The position numbers and the translations under genes were made by a program. Positions 21,538 through 36,373 of a stretch of DNA of 64,000 nucleotides are shown piece by piece (positions within the stretch are counted from its first letter, which is position 1; the number at the start of each line of letters is the position of its first letter). Origin of the DNA: an uncultured Gemmatimonadaceae bacterium (GTDB taxonomy: Bacteria > Gemmatimonadota > Gemmatimonadetes > Gemmatimonadales > Gemmatimonadaceae); assembly GCA_963716745.1 (NCBI GenBank), contig OY970320.1, positions 608,001-672,000 of the forward strand, read 5' to 3'. The notes below the pieces were generated by a model. It was given only the letters and a program-made list of their open reading frames with translations. It was not told the DNA's origin and made no database searches.

Positions 21538-23718
21538 TTATTGCTCCTCATTCGCGTGCCGTTCGCGGCGCGCGACATCCGTGATCCCTTTGATCTTCCG
21601 CACCACCCGGATCACCTTCTGCAGGTGCGCGAGGTTCTCGACTTCCACGAGCATCGTGCCCGAGACACCGCCGCCGTCGCCGGACCGCAGATCCACGCTC
21701 TTGATGTTCGTGCCCGTGGCCGTCACGGCTTCGGCGACATCCGCATACAGGCCGCGGCGGTCGGTCCCCTCGAGCGCGAGGCGCACGAGGAAGATCTGCC
21801 CCTGCACTTCCTGCCAGTCGATGTCCAGCCGGCGCTCCGGTTCGCTCGAGAGCGACAGCACGTTGGGGCAATCCGCGCGGTGGATGCTCACACCGCGCCC
21901 GCGCGTGACGTAACCGACCACCGGGTCGCCCGGCACAGGCTGGCAGCACTGCGAATACCGCACCATCAGCCCGTCCACGCCCTGGATGCGCACGCCCTTG
22001 GGCGCGCCGCGCATGCGCGTGACGAGCCGCTCGAACGCGCTCGGCTTCTGCGCCGGCTTGTCCGACGGCGTCTCGAGCATCGGATAGAGCGCCTTGATCA
22101 CCTGGTCCTTGTGCACGTCCCCCTGCCCCAGGCTCGCGATCAGATGGTGCGCGTCGTTGAGGTTCAGCAGCTTCGCGGCGGCCTTGAGCGAGTCGTCGTC
22201 CGGCTTCGCGAGTCCGCGGCGGCGCACTTCGCGTTCGAGGATGTCGCGCCCGAGCCGTGCCGAGGTCGTCTGCTCCTCCTGGCGGATCCACTGGCGGATG
22301 CGGTGGCGCGCGCGCCCGGTGCGCACGTGCGCGAGCCAGTCGCGGCTCGGCCGCGCGTTGGGCGACGTGATGATCTCCACCGTGTCCGAACTCTTGAGGA
22401 CGCGCGAGAGCGGCGCGATGCGGCCGTTCACCTTGGCGCCCTGGCAATGCAGCCCGACCTCGGAGTGCACGGCGAAGGCGAAGTCGATCGGCGTCGCGCC
22501 ATCCGGCAGCTCGACCACATCGCCCGTGGGCGTGAGCACGAAGATCTCGCGCTGGTAGAGATCCAGCTTCAGGAATTCGAAGAATTCCGCCGGGTTCTTC
22601 GCGTCGAGCTGGAACTCGAGGATCTGCCGCAGCCAGTTCATTTGCTGGTCGGCCTGATCCGGATCGCGCTCCTCCTTGTACAGCCAGTGAGCCGCAATGC
22701 CATACTCGGCGGTCTGATGCATCTCGCGCGTGCGGATCTGGACTTCGTACAATTGCCGGCCCGGCCCGAATACGGTCGTGTGCAGCGACTGATAGCCGTT
22801 GGATTTCGGCTGCGCGATGTAGTCCTTGATGCGCTCCTGCAGCGGCGTGTACGCGTCGTGGATCACGCCAAGCGCGTGATAGCACTCGGGCACGGTGTTC
22901 ACGAGCACGCGCACGGCCATGAGATCGTAGATCTCCTCGTACGGCTTGTCGCGCTGCTTCATCTTCTTCCAGATCGACCACAGATGCTTCGGCCGCCCGA
23001 CGACCTCGACGTCCTTGATGCCGGCCGCCTTGAGGTCGCGCGCGAGCGGGCCCTCCATCTGCGCGATGAGCCCCTCGCGATGTCCGCGCTTCGACGTGAC
23101 CAGCTTCGCGAGCGCCTTGTAGTCCGCGGGCTCGAGGTACTTGAAGGAGAGGTCCTCGAGTTCCCACCGCACCTGCGCCATACCGAACCGGTGCGCCATG
23201 GGCGCGTACAGGTCCATCGTCTCCTGCGCGATGCGCCGGCGCTTCTCCTCGGCCAGATAATCCAGCGTGCGCATGTTGTGCAGGCGGTCCGCGAGCTTGA
23301 TCAGGATGACGCGCACATCCTTCGCGATCGACAGCAGGAGCTTCCGGTAGTTCTCGACCTGCCGTTCCTCGCGGCTCTGGAAGGCGAGCGATCCGATCTT
23401 CGTGACACCGTCGACGATCTGCGCCATCTCCGCGCCGAACTCGCGCTCCACGTCGGCGACGGTGACCGCGGTGTCCTCGACGACATCGTGGATGAGTCCG
23501 CACGCGACAGTGACCGAGTCGAGGTGCAGCTCGGCGAGGATCCGCGCGACCTGCACGCAGTGCGCGACGTACGGCTCGCCCGATGAGCGCTTCTGCCCGT
23601 GGTGCGCGACCTCGCTGAACCGGTAGGCGCGCGCGAGCAAGTCGGCGTCGAGCCGCGCGAGCAGCTCAGTGTCGAGGTCCCACCCGGGGATCACGCTCTT
23701 GAGGACCGGAACCGTCAC
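21538..23718 (-). CDS. rel: Bifunctional (p)ppGpp synthetase/hydrolase Rel
   Basis: Intact HD motif (IHDVVEDT), IKLADRLHNMRTL, RIKDYIA.PK.NGYQSLH, plus TGS and ACT domains. Confidence 0.95.
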   Translation of the reverse strand: MTVPVLKSVIPGWDLDTELLARLDADLLARAYRFSEVAHHGQKRSSGEPYVAHCVQVARILAELHLDSVTVACGLIHDVVEDTAVTVADVEREFGAEMAQIVDGVTKIGSLAFQSREERQVENYRKLLLSIAKDVRVILIKLADRLHNMRTLDYLAEEKRRRIAQETMDLYAPMAHRFGMAQVRWELEDLSFKYLEPADYKALAKLVTSKRGHREGLIAQMEGPLARDLKAAGIKDVEVVGRPKHLWSIWKKMKQRDKPYEEIYDLMAVRVLVNTVPECYHALGVIHDAYTPLQERIKDYIAQPKSNGYQSLHTTVFGPGRQLYEVQIRTREMHQTAEYGIAAHWLYKEERDPDQADQQMNWLRQILEFQLDAKNPAEFFEFLKLDLYQREIFVLTPTGDVVELPDGATPIDFAFAVHSEVGLHCQGAKVNGRIAPLSRVLKSSDTVEIITSPNARPSRDWLAHVRTGRARHRIRQWIRQEEQTTSARLGRDILEREVRRRGLAKPDDDSLKAAAKLLNLNDAHHLIASLGQGDVHKDQVIKALYPMLETPSDKPAQKPSAFERLVTRMRGAPKGVRIQGVDGLMVRYSQCCQPVPGDPVVGYVTRGRGVSIHRADCPNVLSLSSEPERRLDIDWQEVQGQIFLVRLALEGTDRRGLYADVAEAVTATGTNIKSVDLRSGDGGGVSGTMLVEVENLAHLQKVIRVVRKIKGITDVARRERHANEEQ

Positions 23719-24419
23719 AGCAGCCCTGCCTCCGCGAAACTGGTGTACCGGCCGCGCCCCACGATCACGTGGTCGTGCACCGGGATATCCAGCAACCGCC
23801 CGGCCGCGACGAGTTGCTCCGTCACCAACCGGTCATCCGCCGAGGGCGTGGGGTCGCCGCTCGGGTGATTGTGCACCAGGATGATCGCCGCCGCGCGTTC
23901 GGCGATCGCTTCCCGGAAGACCTCGCGCGGATGCACGAGCGACGAGTTCAGCAGCCCGCGCGTGACGGTGACATCGCGCTCGAGCCGGTGCTGCGCGTCG
24001 AGGATCGCCACGTGGAACTCCTCGACGGGCAGGTCCTCGAGTCGCGGCGCGAATGCGGCCGCCACGTCGCGCGGACTCCGCATCGGCGCGCCCTCGTCGC
24101 GCACCTCCGCCGCCAAGCGGCGCCCGAGCTCGAGCGCCGCATGGACCGCCACGGCGCGCGCGGGCCCCATCCCGCGCATCGCCGTGATCGCCGCCACCGG
24201 CTGCGACGCCATCCGCCGCAATGAACCGCCCGCCGATGCCAGCACTTCGTGCCCCAACTGCAACGCCGACGACCCACCCCCCGCCGAGCCGATGACGATG
24301 GCCAACAGCTCGGCGGCGCTGAGCGAACTCGCGCCGTTGTTCCGCAGCCGCTCCCGGGGCCTCTCCCCGCGCGGCATCTCCCTGATACTTAACAACCCTC
24401 CGCCCGCGAAGCCAGACAT
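23715..24419 (-). CDS. radC: RadC / JAB-domain protein
   Basis: ERPRERL, HPREVF and HNHPSGDPTPSADD...DHVIVG. GGAGG RBS before ATG 24419. Confidence 0.94.
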   Translation of the reverse strand: MSGFAGGGLLSIREMPRGERPRERLRNNGASSLSAAELLAIVIGSAGGGSSALQLGHEVLASAGGSLRRMASQPVAAITAMRGMGPARAVAVHAALELGRRLAAEVRDEGAPMRSPRDVAAAFAPRLEDLPVEEFHVAILDAQHRLERDVTVTRGLLNSSLVHPREVFREAIAERAAAIILVHNHPSGDPTPSADDRLVTEQLVAAGRLLDIPVHDHVIVGRGRYTSFAEAGLL

Positions 24420-24496
24420 GGAGCCTCCTGAATGCAGGCGTGCAATGTGGCGATCGGGAGTCAGGGGTCGCCCATCAGATCCTCGCGCGAAGCACG

Positions 24497-24526
24497 AAAA
24501 GCGCCCGGCTATTCGCCGGGCGCTTT
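24497..24526 (-). terminator. Probable intrinsic terminator after secA
   Basis: Hairpin AAAGCGCCCGGC-N5-GCCGGGCGCTTT ending in TTTT on the minus strand, about 30 nt after the secA stop. Confidence 0.7.
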
Positions 24527-24557
24527 GGCAGTGACGCACGACTCGCTACTCACGCCC

Positions 24558-27765
<3,208 letters not shown>

Positions 27766-27774
27766 CTCGATCCT

Positions 27775-28347
27775 CTAGCGGTACAGGCTGGTGTCGCGAA
27801 TGAAGCGCGCCACCGGCTCAGCGACGAATCCGTTGATCGGCAATCCGGCTTTCACTCTCGCTCGCACTTCCGTGGACGATATCTCAATGCGCCGCGTGGC
27901 AATGCGGCGCATCGGCGGGCCGCCCGCCGCGGGCGCGGCCGCGCCGGCGTCACGCGACATCACCGCGATCCGCGCCAGCGACGCGATCCGCTCCGGCTCC
28001 CGCCACGTGGCGACCTGCGCCGCGAGGTCCTCGCCGATGAGCAGAACCAACTCCGCGCCCGGCTCGGCGCTCGACAGCGACGCCAGCGTGTCCACCGTGT
28101 AAGATAACCCCCCTCGCAATATCTCCGAGCGGTCCACCGCGAAGCGCGAATCGACGCCGAGCATCAACTCGCACATCGCGGCGCGCTGCTCGGGCGAGGC
28201 GCCCACGCGATCACCCTTGAACGGCTGCTGCGCCGCCGGCACGAAGAGGAGCCGGTCCAACTGGAGCGCCTCGTGCGCGTCGCTCGCCGCGAGCAGATGT
28301 CCGAGATGCGGCGGATCGAACGTGCCGCCGAACACGCCGAGGCGCAC
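27775..28347 (-). CDS. nadD: Nicotinate-nucleotide adenylyltransferase
   Basis: GVFGGTFDPPHLGH, SYTVDTL and ISSTEVR. GTG start at 28347. Confidence 0.94.
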   Translation of the reverse strand: MRLGVFGGTFDPPHLGHLLAASDAHEALQLDRLLFVPAAQQPFKGDRVGASPEQRAAMCELMLGVDSRFAVDRSEILRGGLSYTVDTLASLSSAEPGAELVLLIGEDLAAQVATWREPERIASLARIAVMSRDAGAAAPAAGGPPMRRIATRRIEISSTEVRARVKAGLPINGFVAEPVARFIRDTSLYR

Positions 28348-28352
28348 TCCGG

Positions 28353-29228
28353 TTACGGCTTCGCCGGCGCCTTCGCGGCCGGGACCGCCGCCGGCGGTGG
28401 CGGAGGTGGCGGCGCGACCGTCGCTGCCGCCGGCGCCGCCTTCACCGGACACAGGTGCTGCACATCGCGGTCCTTGCCGTATTTGTCGCGCAACGCGGCG
28501 CACGTCTCGTTCGCATCGTCGATGTACGAGATCGCGCGGTACGCCTTGATCAAACCCATCATCCCCTTCTTCGCCGTCTTCGTCTGCGGATAGCGGGTGA
28601 GGATGTCCTTGTAATAGATGATCGACGAGTCGTACGCCTTCTGCTTGGAGTACAGGTCGGCCGTCTCGAGGTTCTTCTCGGCGAACATCTCGTTCAAGCG
28701 GTCGATCGCCAACGCGGCGCTATCGCGCAACGGCGAGTCCGGGTACGCGGCGAGGAAGCTCTGGAAGGTGCTGATCGCCGTCGTGCCGTAATCGGCATCG
28801 AGATCCGGGCGCCTCCAGAGTTTCGCGTACGACACGCCGGCCTCGTAGGTGGCGAGCGATGCCATCGTGTCTTCTGGGAAATTCTCCGGCACGCGCGAGA
28901 ACGCCTGCGCCGCGAGGATGTACTCGCCGGTGTGCTGGTGCGCGACGCCCAGGTAGTAATACGCGAGCGGCAGCGCCGGGTCGCGCGCCGGGAGCTGGAA
29001 GGTGAGCTGCTCGAATCCCTTCGCGGCCTTCGACCAGTACGAATGCTTCAGCGCCGAGAGCGACGCCTCGAAGAGGTTCGCATTGGTCGACGCCTGCTTC
29101 TGCGTGAAAGTGGCGCTGGCGCACGCGGCGGCCGCTGTGGCGGCGGCGATGACGACGAGCCGGCGAACCGTGCTGCGGACAGAAAAAGTCATGCGGGTGT
29201 GGTACCCGGGTGTGAGAGTTCGGTTCAT
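28353..29228 (-). CDS. bamD: Outer membrane protein assembly factor BamD
   Basis: Lipobox AAAAC and TPR repeats (F...YPDS, AEKNLETADLY..Q.AY.SS..YY...L..YP.T). The start could instead be ATG 29192. Confidence 0.82.
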   Translation of the reverse strand: MNRTLTPGYHTRMTFSVRSTVRRLVVIAAATAAAACASATFTQKQASTNANLFEASLSALKHSYWSKAAKGFEQLTFQLPARDPALPLAYYYLGVAHQHTGEYILAAQAFSRVPENFPEDTMASLATYEAGVSYAKLWRRPDLDADYGTTAISTFQSFLAAYPDSPLRDSAALAIDRLNEMFAEKNLETADLYSKQKAYDSSIIYYKDILTRYPQTKTAKKGMMGLIKAYRAISYIDDANETCAALRDKYGKDRDVQHLCPVKAAPAAATVAPPPPPPPAAVPAAKAPAKP

Positions 29229-30223
29229 CGCGCGCCTCCCGCGGCCATCGCGGGTGCGGCGTGACGGCGGTACCAGTCGACGAAGCGCGGGATCCCCTCG
29301 CGCACGCCGACGCTCGGCGCGTAGCCGAGGAGCGTCCGTGCGCGCGAGATGTCCGCGAACGTGCGGCGTACGTCGCCCGGCTGGGAGGGGCGGCGCTCGA
29401 TCGTCGCGCGGCGGCCGGTGGCCGACTCGATCAGCGCGACGAGTTCGTTCACGGTGGTGGTGGCCTGCTCGCCGAGATTGATGATCTCGTGGCGCAGCGC
29501 CACGGTGCGCGTGCGGTCGATCGCCGCGACCACGCCTTGCACGATATCGCTCACGAACGTGTAATCGCGGCTCGCCGTCCCGTCGCCGAAGACGGGGATC
29601 GGCCGGCCCGTCTCCATCAATCGCGTGAAGCTGTGGATCGCCAAGTCGGGACGCTGGCGCGGCCCGTACACGGTGAAGAAGCGCAGGGAGATGATCCGCA
29701 TCGCCGCGTCGAGCGCGCTGAACGCCTCGCACTGCAGTTCGGCGCCGCGCTTGCTGGCGGCGTACGGACTGATCGGCAGCATCGCGGGATCGTCCTCGCG
29801 GAAGGGAGGCGTCGCGTTGTCGCCGTACACCGACGAGCTCGAGCCGAAGATGAACCGCGCGATCCCAGCCGCGCGCGCCGCCTGCAGCAGCGCGACGGTG
29901 CCGCCAATGTTCACGTCGGCGTACAGCGCCGGCTGTGCGATCGATGGCCGCACGCCCGCGCGCGCGGCGAGGTGCACGATCGCCGCGGGCTTCCACTCCG
30001 CGATCGCGCGCTGCATCGCCGCGGCGTCGCGCACGTCGGCCTCTACGAGCGTGAACTTCGCGTGGCCGAGCGCCTCGGCGAGATTCGCGCGCTTCACGGC
30101 GGCCGGATAGAAATCGTCGAAATTGTCCACGCCCATCACGGCGTCGCCGCGCGCGAGGAGCGCCTCGCTCACGTGCGAGCCGATGAAGCCGGCGGCGCCG
30201 GTCACGAGCACGCGCTCAGCCAT
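29225..30223 (-). CDS. UDP-glucuronate 4-epimerase-like NAD-dependent epimerase
   Basis: [30 protein letters not shown] and [15 protein letters not shown]. Confidence 0.88.
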   Translation of the reverse strand: MAERVLVTGAAGFIGSHVSEALLARGDAVMGVDNFDDFYPAAVKRANLAEALGHAKFTLVEADVRDAAAMQRAIAEWKPAAIVHLAARAGVRPSIAQPALYADVNIGGTVALLQAARAAGIARFIFGSSSSVYGDNATPPFREDDPAMLPISPYAASKRGAELQCEAFSALDAAMRIISLRFFTVYGPRQRPDLAIHSFTRLMETGRPIPVFGDGTASRDYTFVSDIVQGVVAAIDRTRTVALRHEIINLGEQATTTVNELVALIESATGRRATIERRPSQPGDVRRTFADISRARTLLGYAPSVGVREGIPRFVDWYRRHAAPAMAAGGAR

Positions 30224-31169
30224 GGAGCGCCATCCGCGAGGCGTCGAGCGAGCGGAAATACTCGATCGTCTCCTGCAAGCCGGTCTTGAGCGGCACCTGC
30301 GGCTCCCAGCCGAGCAGTTTCTTCGCGCGCGTGATGTCCGGGCGGCGCACCTTCGGATCGTCTTCCGGCAGCGATCGCCGCTCGACCGTCGACGTGGATC
30401 CGGTGAGCTGCAGCACGAGCGTCGCGAGTTCCTGCACGGTGCACTCCACGGGATTGCCAATGTTCGTCGGCTCGGAGTCGCCGCGCATGAACAGCTGGTA
30501 GATCCCCTCCACCTCATCGCTCACGTAGCAGAAGCTGCGCGTCTGCGAACCGTCGCCGTAGAGCGTGAGCGCCTCGCCGTTCAGCGCCTGCACAATGAAG
30601 TTCGACACCACGCGGCCATCGCGCGGCCGCATGCGCGGACCGTACGTGTTGAAGATCCGCACGATGCGCGTGTCGAGCTGGTGGAAGCGGTGATACGCCA
30701 TCGTGAGCGCTTCGGCGAACCGCTTCGCCTCGTCGTACACGCCGCGCGGGCCCACCGGGTTGACGTTGCCCCAGTAGGTCTCGGGCTGCGGGTGGATGAG
30801 CGGATCGCCGTACACCTCGCTCGTGCTCGCGAGGAAGAAGCGCGCCTTCTTCGCCTTCGCGAGGCCGAGCGCGTTGTGCGTGCCGAGCGCGCCCACCTTG
30901 AGCGTCGGGATCGGGTGCTCGAGATAATCGCGCGGGCTCGCGGGCGACGCGAAGTGCAGCACGCCGTCGAGCGTGCCGGCCACGTACGTGTACGTGGAGA
31001 TGTTGTGCTGCATGAACTCGAACTTCGGGTTCGACGACAGATGCGCGATGTTCTCCGGGTGCCCGGTGATGAAGTTGTCGAGTCCCACCACCTCGTGGCC
31101 GTCGGCGAGGAACCGGTCGCACAGATGCGAACCGAGGAAGCCGGCGGCGCCGGTGATCATGACCCTCAC
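30216..31169 (-). CDS. uxs: UDP-glucuronate decarboxylase (UDP-xylose synthase)
   Basis: [41 protein letters not shown] and [10 protein letters not shown]. Confidence 0.92.
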   Translation of the reverse strand: MRVMITGAAGFLGSHLCDRFLADGHEVVGLDNFITGHPENIAHLSSNPKFEFMQHNISTYTYVAGTLDGVLHFASPASPRDYLEHPIPTLKVGALGTHNALGLAKAKKARFFLASTSEVYGDPLIHPQPETYWGNVNPVGPRGVYDEAKRFAEALTMAYHRFHQLDTRIVRIFNTYGPRMRPRDGRVVSNFIVQALNGEALTLYGDGSQTRSFCYVSDEVEGIYQLFMRGDSEPTNIGNPVECTVQELATLVLQLTGSTSTVERRSLPEDDPKVRRPDITRAKKLLGWEPQVPLKTGLQETIEYFRSLDASRMALHG

Positions 31170-32467
31170 GCGCCGCGCCCGATCGAGAGATAGGTGAAGC
31201 CGTTCTCCTTCATGCGCGCGGGATCGTACAGATTGCGGCCATCCACGATGAGCGGACGCTTGAGCGCCGCCTTCATGCGCGCGAAATCGGGGTGGCGATA
31301 CTCGTTCCAGTCGGTGACGATCGCGAGCGCGTCGGCGCCGGAGAGCGCGTCGTAACCGCTTTCGGCGAACGTGACCGCGTCGCCCAGCTTCTTCTTCGCC
31401 TCCGGCATGGCGACGGGATCGTGCGCGACGACGCTCGCGCCGGCGGCGCGCAGCTCCTCGATGAGCGTGAGCGCGGGCGACTCGCGGAGATCATCCGTCT
31501 GCGGCTTGAACGCGAGTCCCCACACGGCGACGCGCGTGCCTTTCACCGTACCGAGCGCCTTCGAGAGCTTCTGGAAGATCCGGTGCTTCTGCCGCTCGTT
31601 GGTCTTCTCGACCGCTTCGACCACGTCGAGCGGCATCTGCACCGACTTCGCCGTGCGCAGCAGCGCCTGCACGTCCTTCGGGAAGCATGAGCCGCCGTAG
31701 CCCGGACCGGGGAACAGGAACGAGCCGCCAATGCGCGAGTCGCTGCCGACGCCCTTGCGCACGGAGTCGATGTTCGCGCCCACGGCCTCGCAGAGATTCG
31801 CGATCTCGTTCATGAAGGAGATGCGCGCGGCGAGCATCCCGTTCGCGGCGTACTTGGTCATCTCCGCGCTCGGGATGTCCATGAAGATCACCGGTTTCCC
31901 TGTGCGCACGAAGGGCGAGTACAGCTCGGCCATCACCGTGTGCGCGCGCTCGCTGTCCACGCCCAGCACTACGCGGTCGGGCTTGAGGAAATCCTCGACC
32001 GCGGCGCCTTCCTTCAGGAATTCCGGATTGCTGCATACGTGGAACGGGAACTTCGCCTGCTTGGCGACGGCGGCGCGCACGTGCGCGGCGGTGCCCACGG
32101 GCACCGTGCTCTTCGTGACCACCACCGTCTCGCGCGTCATGTGCTTGCCGACCAGCTCGGCGACGGCGAGCACGTGCCGGAGATCGGCGGAGCCATCCTC
32201 GTCGGGCGGCGTGCCGACCGCGATGAACACGACCTCCGCGCCCGCGATCGACGCGGGCACGTCGGTCGTGAAGCTCAGCCGCTTCTGCGCCTGATTCCGT
32301 TCGACGAGCGCGTCGAGGCCGGGCTCATAGATGGGGAGGATGTTGCGCGTGAGGCCGTCGATCTTGCCGCGATCGACGTCCGCGCACACCACATCGTTCC
32401 CCGTCTCCGCCAGACATGCGCCGACCACGAGGCCGACGTAGCCCGTACCAACGACCGATATTCGCAC
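31166..32467 (-). CDS. ugd: UDP-glucose 6-dehydrogenase
   Basis: [34 protein letters not shown] and WGLAFKP.TDD.RESP. Confidence 0.96.
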   Translation of the reverse strand: MRISVVGTGYVGLVVGACLAETGNDVVCADVDRGKIDGLTRNILPIYEPGLDALVERNQAQKRLSFTTDVPASIAGAEVVFIAVGTPPDEDGSADLRHVLAVAELVGKHMTRETVVVTKSTVPVGTAAHVRAAVAKQAKFPFHVCSNPEFLKEGAAVEDFLKPDRVVLGVDSERAHTVMAELYSPFVRTGKPVIFMDIPSAEMTKYAANGMLAARISFMNEIANLCEAVGANIDSVRKGVGSDSRIGGSFLFPGPGYGGSCFPKDVQALLRTAKSVQMPLDVVEAVEKTNERQKHRIFQKLSKALGTVKGTRVAVWGLAFKPQTDDLRESPALTLIEELRAAGASVVAHDPVAMPEAKKKLGDAVTFAESGYDALSGADALAIVTDWNEYRHPDFARMKAALKRPLIVDGRNLYDPARMKENGFTYLSIGRGA

Positions 32468-32563
32468 GCGTCGAAATGCACCCGGGCAAGAAGTCCAAAA
32501 TAGTTACAGCTATTGAAGTTAGCGGGCCGTTCTAGGGCGGGCAATGGCGCGCGCCCACGGAGT

Positions 32564-33891
32564 TCACGGCGCTGGATTCTTCCCCGAGAACCTCGGGCAT
32601 TTCCCGTCCGGCGGGCCCGCCAACCGGCAATCCAGATAGCCGACCGACACCTCGTCGCTGCCCTCCGGATGTGTCAGCCGGATCCAGTACTGCGCGGGCC
32701 CCTTCAGCCACGAGACGAACGATGCGTCCGGCGTGGTCAGCACATCACTCGGCTGCCCGTAGGCCTTCACCGACTCGCGCCGAAGCGAGTCATACGCCGT
32801 CGGCGCACCCGGCGCGGCTGCGGGATAGCGCGTGCGCAACACGATCATGTACAACCGGCGGCCGTAGAATTGCGCCGCCAGCATGCGGTTCGCGCTGCTG
32901 TTCTCCGTGCGCGACGGCTCGCGGAAGACCACCATGCCCCGCGCGCTGTCCACGAGCACGAACGAGGACGTGCCGCCGTCGGGACACCAATCTTCCTTCT
33001 CGCAATCCTTGGGATCCGCGCCCGCTGCGAGCGCGAACGCACTCTCGGTCATGCCGAGCGTGATCGTCGCCCAGCCGCGCGGCAGCGGCCAAGTGGGCGA
33101 GGGCGGGATGGAATCGGCGTGCACGATCGAGTCGGCGCGACGGATGGAGACCTTCACCGCCTGGTTGTAGTCCGCGAGCTGCGGCTGCGGATCGTGCAGG
33201 GTGACGGACAGGATCGCGCCTGGCGGCGGCGCATCCTTCATGGCCGCGAGCGCGGCCGACGCGCGCAGCCGCACGACCGTTGGGCCGCGGCTCCATCCCT
33301 CGGTGCGCGACGTGCTGTCGCTGTCCATCGCGGCCGGGGCGCCGAAGAGCAATGAGTATTTCTCCCGCAGCGAATCGCGCGCGAAGGGCGCGCGGCGGAT
33401 CTCCTCGATCGTGACGAGCGTATCGCGGAAGAACGCAGCGAGCAGTTCCACGGCGCAGCTCGTCGCGGAGTCGGCGACGATTGGGCGGTACGCCGGACCA
33501 CGATCGCGCCGGCCTCGACGGTGAACAGCGCGCTCGAGGAGTGCGGGCCGAGGTTGTGGCGCGCGCAGTCCTCGGCGCGGCACGGCTGCAACGGGAGTCC
33601 GGTGAGCTTCGTGAATTCGCCGCCCGTCATGCCGAGGCTGATGGCGCCGAACTCGCGTGGAAGCGTGCGCTCGGCGACGGAATAGGCGCTCTGTTCGGGC
33701 GGCGGCGCGTAGGCGGCGAGCGTGCGCTGCAACGCTGTCGCGGGCGGCGGACAATGCGCCGCGCTCTTCGCTGCCGACTGCTTCGACGCGGCCGAATCCG
33801 CGGCCCCGCCTGATGGCGGCGCATCGGAGTGCTTGCAGCCGGCGACCGCGCCGAGCACGACCAACCCGAGGAGTGATCTAGCGAGTGTCAT
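32564..33891 (-). CDS. Hypothetical lipoprotein with an internally duplicated domain (apparent frameshift near 33498)
   Basis: Lipobox AVAGC after ATG 33891. Two track ORFs (33238..34008 and 32564..33754) join near 33500. Repeated LPR..(A/T)I(S/T)LGMT...F motif. Confidence 0.6.
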
Positions 33892-33974
33892 CGATCCGTG
33901 GCTTGATGTCATCCCACACAGAACGCGCGCGACCGGTCCGGCGCAACGCGCTGGAATATGCGCAAGATCCCGCC

Positions 33975-34929
33975 TTACCGCGCGCGCTTCACTGGTTTCG
34001 GGCGCCATTCCGTGCGCAATGCGGCACCGAGCAGCGCCGAGAACCTCATCGCGCCATCCCGATTCAAGTGTTCGCCGTCGCTGAAGAGCGCCGGATCGTT
34101 CTCGATCGCGGTGTCGTCGAACACGAGAAGAGTGAGGCCGCGATCCCGCGCGAGCTCCCGGTACGCGTCGAGGACGCGCGCGCGGTTCGTCACGGCCCGT
34201 GCCGCCGCGCCGAGCTGCGGCGCCATGAACATCGTGAGCTTCACGCGGTGCGCCGCGGCGACATCGAGGATCCGCTCGAACGCATGGACCCGCTCCGTGT
34301 CGATGCGGTACAGGTGTCGCGGATCGCGCGCACGGCCGAGTCGGAGATCCGGCCCGCGGAGAGCCGTGACCCCCACTCGTCGAATTCCGGCGGCGGGTGA
34401 TGGATCACGTCGAGCACGCTCGGCCACCCGATGCGCTCATTGAACTCGGCATACTTGAACAGCGGGATCCAGCGCCATGCGAGTTCGCGGGCGCCGAATT
34501 GCCGCTCGAGGTTCTCGGCGACGATCGGCTCGTCAATGTATGGCACGTACAGATACGGGTGCAATTGGTCGTGCAGCCACCGCTCGTCGAAGCCGAATGG
34601 GTCCACCTCGAGCGCGATGCGCTGCGTGGTGTTCCGCGAGAGGAAACGCTCGAGCACGAGCGCCACTCTCCGGGTACGGCGGCCCCGTTAAGGCCGAGGT
34701 TCGCACCCCGGCCGCCCACCGCGTTCTCGATCGTGGGGATGTACACCGTGTGGTACGCGCGCGACGAGCCGAGCACGATGAAGTCGAGATCCGGCCATCC
34801 ATCGCGAAGATCCAGTTCACTTTCACGACGGGATCGCGCCGCGCGGCCGTCATCGTACACGGCGGCGAGCGCCACGCTCAGGGCGACGAGCGCCACGAGG
34901 AAGCCGGCGGCACGAAGGGAGGGTCGCAT
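33975..34929 (-). CDS. SGNH-hydrolase-like protein, partner of the MBOAT (two apparent frameshifts near 34667 and 34314)
   Basis: N-terminal TM segment, IVLGSSRA (block I), NLGLNG (block II) and FSDGEHLN..GA (DxxH, block V), spread over three frames. Confidence 0.72.
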
Positions 34930-34933
34930 CACG

Positions 34934-36373
34934 TCAGAACTGGAAGTAGATGAATTCCATCGGCGTGTGGAACATGCCGAAGCTGATGATCAGCAGGATG
35001 AGGCCGTAGTAGAATGCCCAGCGCACCAGCATGGGTTTCTCGTCGAGGAGCTGCCGCATCTTGCCGTGGCGCTCCGCGACGTGCACCGCCTCCATGATCG
35101 CGATCATGCATACGCTGATGACGAAGTACTGCGTGCCGACGATCGCGCGAAGCGAGGCCATGTCGAGCCCCCGCAGCGCATGGCTGATGATGTACGCCGC
35201 GTCGTCGAACGAGTTGGCCCGGAAGAAGACCCACGACACCAGCACGAGATGGAACGTGACGAACGCTCGGATCCAGCGGTGGCTCCATCGCACGCGCTGC
35301 ATCGGCGCGCTGGCGTACCAGCGCCGGCGCGCGCGCTCGGTGAACCTGCCCGCGAGAATGTAGAACCCGTGCAGCGCGCCCCACACGACGAAGGTCCAGC
35401 TCGCACCGTGCCAGAGTCCGCTCAGCAGGAAGACGATCGCGATGTTGAAGCACCAGCGCGGCACCGGCACGCGATTCCCGCCCAGCGGGAAATAGAGATA
35501 GTCGCGGAACCAGGACGAGAGCGAGATGTGCCAGCGCCGCCAGAATTCGGCGATCGACTTGGCGAAATACGGGCGATTGAAGTTGTCCATCAGGCGGAAG
35601 CCCATCACCTGCGCGGCGCCGATGGCGATATCGGTGTAGCCCGAGAAATCGCAGTAGATCTGGAAGGCGAAGAAATAGGTGGCGACGATGAGCGACCATC
35701 CGTGATGACCGGTGGGCGCCTCGTACACCTGATTCACGTACAGGCCAATGCGGTCGGCGATCACGACCTTCTTGAAGAAGCCCCAGAGCATCAGCTTGAG
35801 GCCGTCGGAGACACGCCGCAGGTCGAACGCGTGATGCTCGCGGAACTGATGGAGCAGCTGGTACGGCCGTTCGATCGGTCCGGCCACCAGCTGCGGATAG
35901 AACATCACGTAGAGCGCGTAGATCCCGAGATGCCGCTCAGCCTTCTGGCGGCCGCGATACACCTCGATCGTGTAGCTCATCGCCTGGAACGTGTGGAACG
36001 AGAGGCCGATGGGCAGGATGATGTTGAGCTGCGGGATCACCCAATCGAGACCGGCCCACGCGAAGAGCGCGTTGAGATTCTGGTCGGCGAAATCGAGGTA
36101 TTTGAAGACGCACAGGAGCCCGATGTTCGCGATGAGGCTCATCAGGAGCATCGCGCGCCGGCGCCGGCCCTCGGCGTTCTCGATCCCCCGCCCGGCGACG
36201 TAGTCCACCAGAATGAGGAACGCGAGGATGAGCAGGTACTTCGGAATGAACGCGGCGTAGAACACGCAGCTGGCGGCGAGGAGCACCACCCAGCGCAGTC
36301 GCTGCGACGCGAGGAAATACAGCGTCGTGACGACCGGGAAGAACAGGAGGAACTGCAGGGAGTTGAAGAGCAT
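34934..36373 (-). CDS. MBOAT family O-acyltransferase (AlgI/DltB-like)
   Basis: MLFNSLQFLLFF, LPIGLSFHTFQ, QIYCDFSGYTDIA, FWRRWHISLSSWFRDYLY and LSGLWHGA. Confidence 0.95.
   Translation of the reverse strand: MLFNSLQFLLFFPVVTTLYFLASQRLRWVVLLAASCVFYAAFIPKYLLILAFLILVDYVAGRGIENAEGRRRRAMLLMSLIANIGLLCVFKYLDFADQNLNALFAWAGLDWVIPQLNIILPIGLSFHTFQAMSYTIEVYRGRQKAERHLGIYALYVMFYPQLVAGPIERPYQLLHQFREHHAFDLRRVSDGLKLMLWGFFKKVVIADRIGLYVNQVYEAPTGHHGWSLIVATYFFAFQIYCDFSGYTDIAIGAAQVMGFRLMDNFNRPYFAKSIAEFWRRWHISLSSWFRDYLYFPLGGNRVPVPRWCFNIAIVFLLSGLWHGASWTFVVWGALHGFYILAGRFTERARRRWYASAPMQRVRWSHRWIRAFVTFHLVLVSWVFFRANSFDDAAYIISHALRGLDMASLRAIVGTQYFVISVCMIAIMEAVHVAERHGKMRQLLDEKPMLVRWAFYYGLILLIISFGMFHTPMEFIYFQF

Noticed and set aside
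23715..24419. radC as a marker of a mobile or anti-restriction element
   Set aside because: It is the full-length chromosomal type with the N-terminal HhH region, sits between secA and rel, and has no mobility genes nearby.
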